Shown piece by piece: positions 61,833 to 64,000 of a DNA stretch of 64,000 bases; position 1 is the first letter of the stretch; the number at the start of each line of letters is the position of its first letter. The position numbers were made by a program, and so were the translations under genes. The DNA lies in assembly GCA_963774265.1 (NCBI GenBank), contig CAVZDU010000007.1, positions 504,683 to 568,682 on the forward strand, in the 5' to 3' direction. The notes below the pieces were generated by a model. It did not search any database, was not told the origin of the DNA, and saw only the letters and a program-made list of their open reading frames with translations. This DNA comes from an uncultured Chloroflexia bacterium (lineage in GTDB: Bacteria; Chloroflexota; Anaerolineae; CG2-30-64-16).

Positions 61833-63866
61833 TTACGAAGACTCTGGGCTGACAGTTGCAGCGAGCGGCAAGGACGGCAGGACCAGCACCTGACCATTCT
61901 CCAGGGTGGTTAGGCTTCCCGCAGCCTCCACCTGAAGCCGGGCCAGCGACTCAGGTTCGTACACGCTCAGTGTCAGGTGGTACTTGTCCCCGGCAACGCC
62001 GGCCGGTGCGCGCACGGTCACGTAATCGACCACAGTCGAACCCGGTTTCCAAGTATCCGTTGGGCGGCAGCCAAAGTTGGGCTGGCTGTCCGTCACCGCG
62101 ACCTGCTTGCTGTCGCCATCTCTGATCAGGTTGAAACGGTACTGGTAGCGATGCGGCGCCCGGGTCTCCGGCTGCCAGTAAAGCGTGAGCGGAACTGCCG
62201 AGCCCGGGAGTAGCCTTTCGCCCAGGTCGTACCCAAGCAGCCGGATCTGCCCTCCAAAGATGGCGTTAACCGGAAACTGGATGATAGCCGGGGCGCTGTC
62301 GAGAGTCGGCCATGTCGGCGCGTAGAGGTCCAATCGGATATAAGAGTTAGGGCTCTCGAAGTTCTGGCCCCAGACGTGGCATGTATTCTTGCTTAGCCAG
62401 TCCGCCAGTGGGCTGGCTTCCTCGGCACGCGCCAGCCATATCCGGTGGTACTGCCCGACCAGCGCCGCAAGACCAACCGTGGTTTGGGCTGGTGGGTCAT
62501 CGGGCGCGGGCAGGTTGCGCCAATCCGTGCCCCCACCCTTGCCTGCACCGGACTGGAGCAGATCGGCAGGCAGATAATACTCGAGGAGGCGCCACCACGA
62601 GGGTGGCTCGGTAATCAACAAGTCACCGGGCGCGATTTGTTCGCGCATCGCCGTGCCAGCGCCGGACCAGTCACCTTTCCGGAACTCCGGCGCGCCAAAG
62701 TAGGCAACAGAGCTATCGAAGGAACCAAGAAGCAAGACTGCCATCACCAGCCCGGCGGCTGCACGGCTCGCCCGCCAGAGCAAGCCGATGCCCGCGCTGA
62801 CGAGGAGCAGGAAAGCAACGCTGATGATGCTCATTTCCCGCGAGTTCATGTAAGCCGGGTGCCATGCGTTGACGGCAAGCAGCAGCACAGCCGGCGCGAC
62901 CACCCAGGCTGGCAGCACCCACCAGTGTATGGCAGCTCGTCGGTGGTGGGCGGCCCAGATCGCTCCAGCCAGAGCCAACGCTGCACAGCCCACTTCGAGC
63001 CACCAGAAGTGGTTTTTGTCCTCGCTCAGCCCCAGGCTGAACGACTGGAGCAAATCCGTGGCCAGCGCTCCGAAGGAGATCGAAGCGAAATGGCTGACCG
63101 AGTCGGGCTCCTTCAGGATCTGCCAGACCGCGGCGCCGCCCGGCAGCAGCACGAGCGCGAGCACGCCCATGGCGCCCAGTACGGCGCGGCGGCGGCTGGT
63201 TCGCCTCAGGCGCTGGAATACGATGCCGGCGTGCACGGGCAAGATCAGCAGCGACAGGTAATGTGAGCCGACCAACAGGGACGCAGTGATGCCGTAGGCT
63301 GCCAGCAGGGGGGTCTGCCTCGACTCTGCTGCAGACCAGCGAAGCAGCAGATAGGTGCTGAAGACCGCCAGCAGAATCACAAAGGCGTACATCCGAGCTT
63401 CCTGGCCATACCAGAGTAGGAAGGCGTTGCTGGCCGCCAAGATCACCGCCCACACGGGAGCGGTATCGGGCAGGCAACCGGCGCGGACCAGATATCTGGC
63501 AAGCGCCCAGGTGACCGCGATCAGCAGAGTGGCGGAGAGGGCTGAGAGAAAGCGCAGCCCGAACTCACTCGAACCAAAGAAAGGCAGGGCGAGCTTCAGG
63601 AGCGCATAATAAACGAACGGATGCGGATCTGTCACCGCTGGAGAGCCGGGAACAGGCGAAACGGCGAGTCCCCCGCGGATCAGTGCGCCCCAGCCACCTT
63701 CCGCCCGCTGCAACGAGAAGGCCTCATCCAGCCACAAGTTCTTGTCGCCCAGACGATGGACAAGGCGGGCGAAGGCGGCCAGTGATACCAGCACGGGCAG
63801 CCAGCGCACGAGCAGTGCCGGGCGCACACGCCGAAGTTTGCCCACCTCACATGTTCCGAACATCAT
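61833..63866 (-). CDS. GT-C fold glycosyltransferase (PMT/GT39-like) with C-terminal extracellular domain
   Basis: LWLDEAFS, DPHPFVYY, SEFGLRFLS, WYGQEARMY; C-terminal FGGQIRLLGY..LTLYWQ..PTDTWKPG. Confidence 0.85.
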   Translation of the reverse strand: MMFGTCEVGKLRRVRPALLVRWLPVLVSLAAFARLVHRLGDKNLWLDEAFSLQRAEGGWGALIRGGLAVSPVPGSPAVTDPHPFVYYALLKLALPFFGSSEFGLRFLSALSATLLIAVTWALARYLVRAGCLPDTAPVWAVILAASNAFLLWYGQEARMYAFVILLAVFSTYLLLRWSAAESRQTPLLAAYGITASLLVGSHYLSLLILPVHAGIVFQRLRRTSRRRAVLGAMGVLALVLLPGGAAVWQILKEPDSVSHFASISFGALATDLLQSFSLGLSEDKNHFWWLEVGCAALALAGAIWAAHHRRAAIHWWVLPAWVVAPAVLLLAVNAWHPAYMNSREMSIISVAFLLLVSAGIGLLWRASRAAAGLVMAVLLLGSFDSSVAYFGAPEFRKGDWSGAGTAMREQIAPGDLLITEPPSWWRLLEYYLPADLLQSGAGKGGGTDWRNLPAPDDPPAQTTVGLAALVGQYHRIWLARAEEASPLADWLSKNTCHVWGQNFESPNSYIRLDLYAPTWPTLDSAPAIIQFPVNAIFGGQIRLLGYDLGERLLPGSAVPLTLYWQPETRAPHRYQYRFNLIRDGDSKQVAVTDSQPNFGCRPTDTWKPGSTVVDYVTVRAPAGVAGDKYHLTLSVYEPESLARLQVEAAGSLTTLENGQVLVLPSLPLAATVSPESS

Positions 63867-64000
63867 GATCTATTTTGCATCAGGCGCCTGAAGAGGCCAA
63901 GGATGCGAGCGGTCGATGTCCCGCTTTACTCCGCAAAACGGTTTTCCAGGCTAATATACGGACCGCCTATCGCGCGATTGACGGCTGCGCTATCAGGTAG

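Overview
A GC-rich bacterial chromosomal window. The gene families point to Chloroflexota, probably Anaerolineae (inference). Many conserved genes carry single-base frameshifts, most likely uncorrected long-read indels, so several CDS calls are stitched across frames with approximate internal boundaries. In order, the window holds: (1) a clan GH-A-like gene running off the left edge, a VOC dioxygenase, an EAD1-transmembrane protein and two decayed surface-protein genes; (2) an ISL3 remnant, then a two-subunit tungsten oxidoreductase (AOR/WOR family, GOR-like) beside a eukaryote-type double-domain phosphofructokinase; (3) a GntR-controlled sugar-acid catabolic cluster (URO-D-like, eda, kdgK, FAH, DHDPS-like, GH36 remnant) split by an intact-looking IS; (4) an unknown gene with LexA boxes; (5) two BTAD/SARP-STAND-TPR regulator modules, each with a small partner protein, a secreted beta-propeller and 11-bp-periodic direct repeats; (6) a non-phage operon: Tat/Asp-box protein, GNAT, DUF6916, three tail-collar proteins and a CSLREA surface protein, which is the best candidate for an undescribed system; (7) an accessory region with integron attC sites but no intI, AKRs, MBL hydrolases, GT-C glycosyltransferases, and a tyrosine recombinase split around about 10 kb of cargo (KimA/TrkA, IS630, APH). 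No rRNA, tRNA or CRISPR array was seen. All family assignments come from motif recognition; no database search was run.
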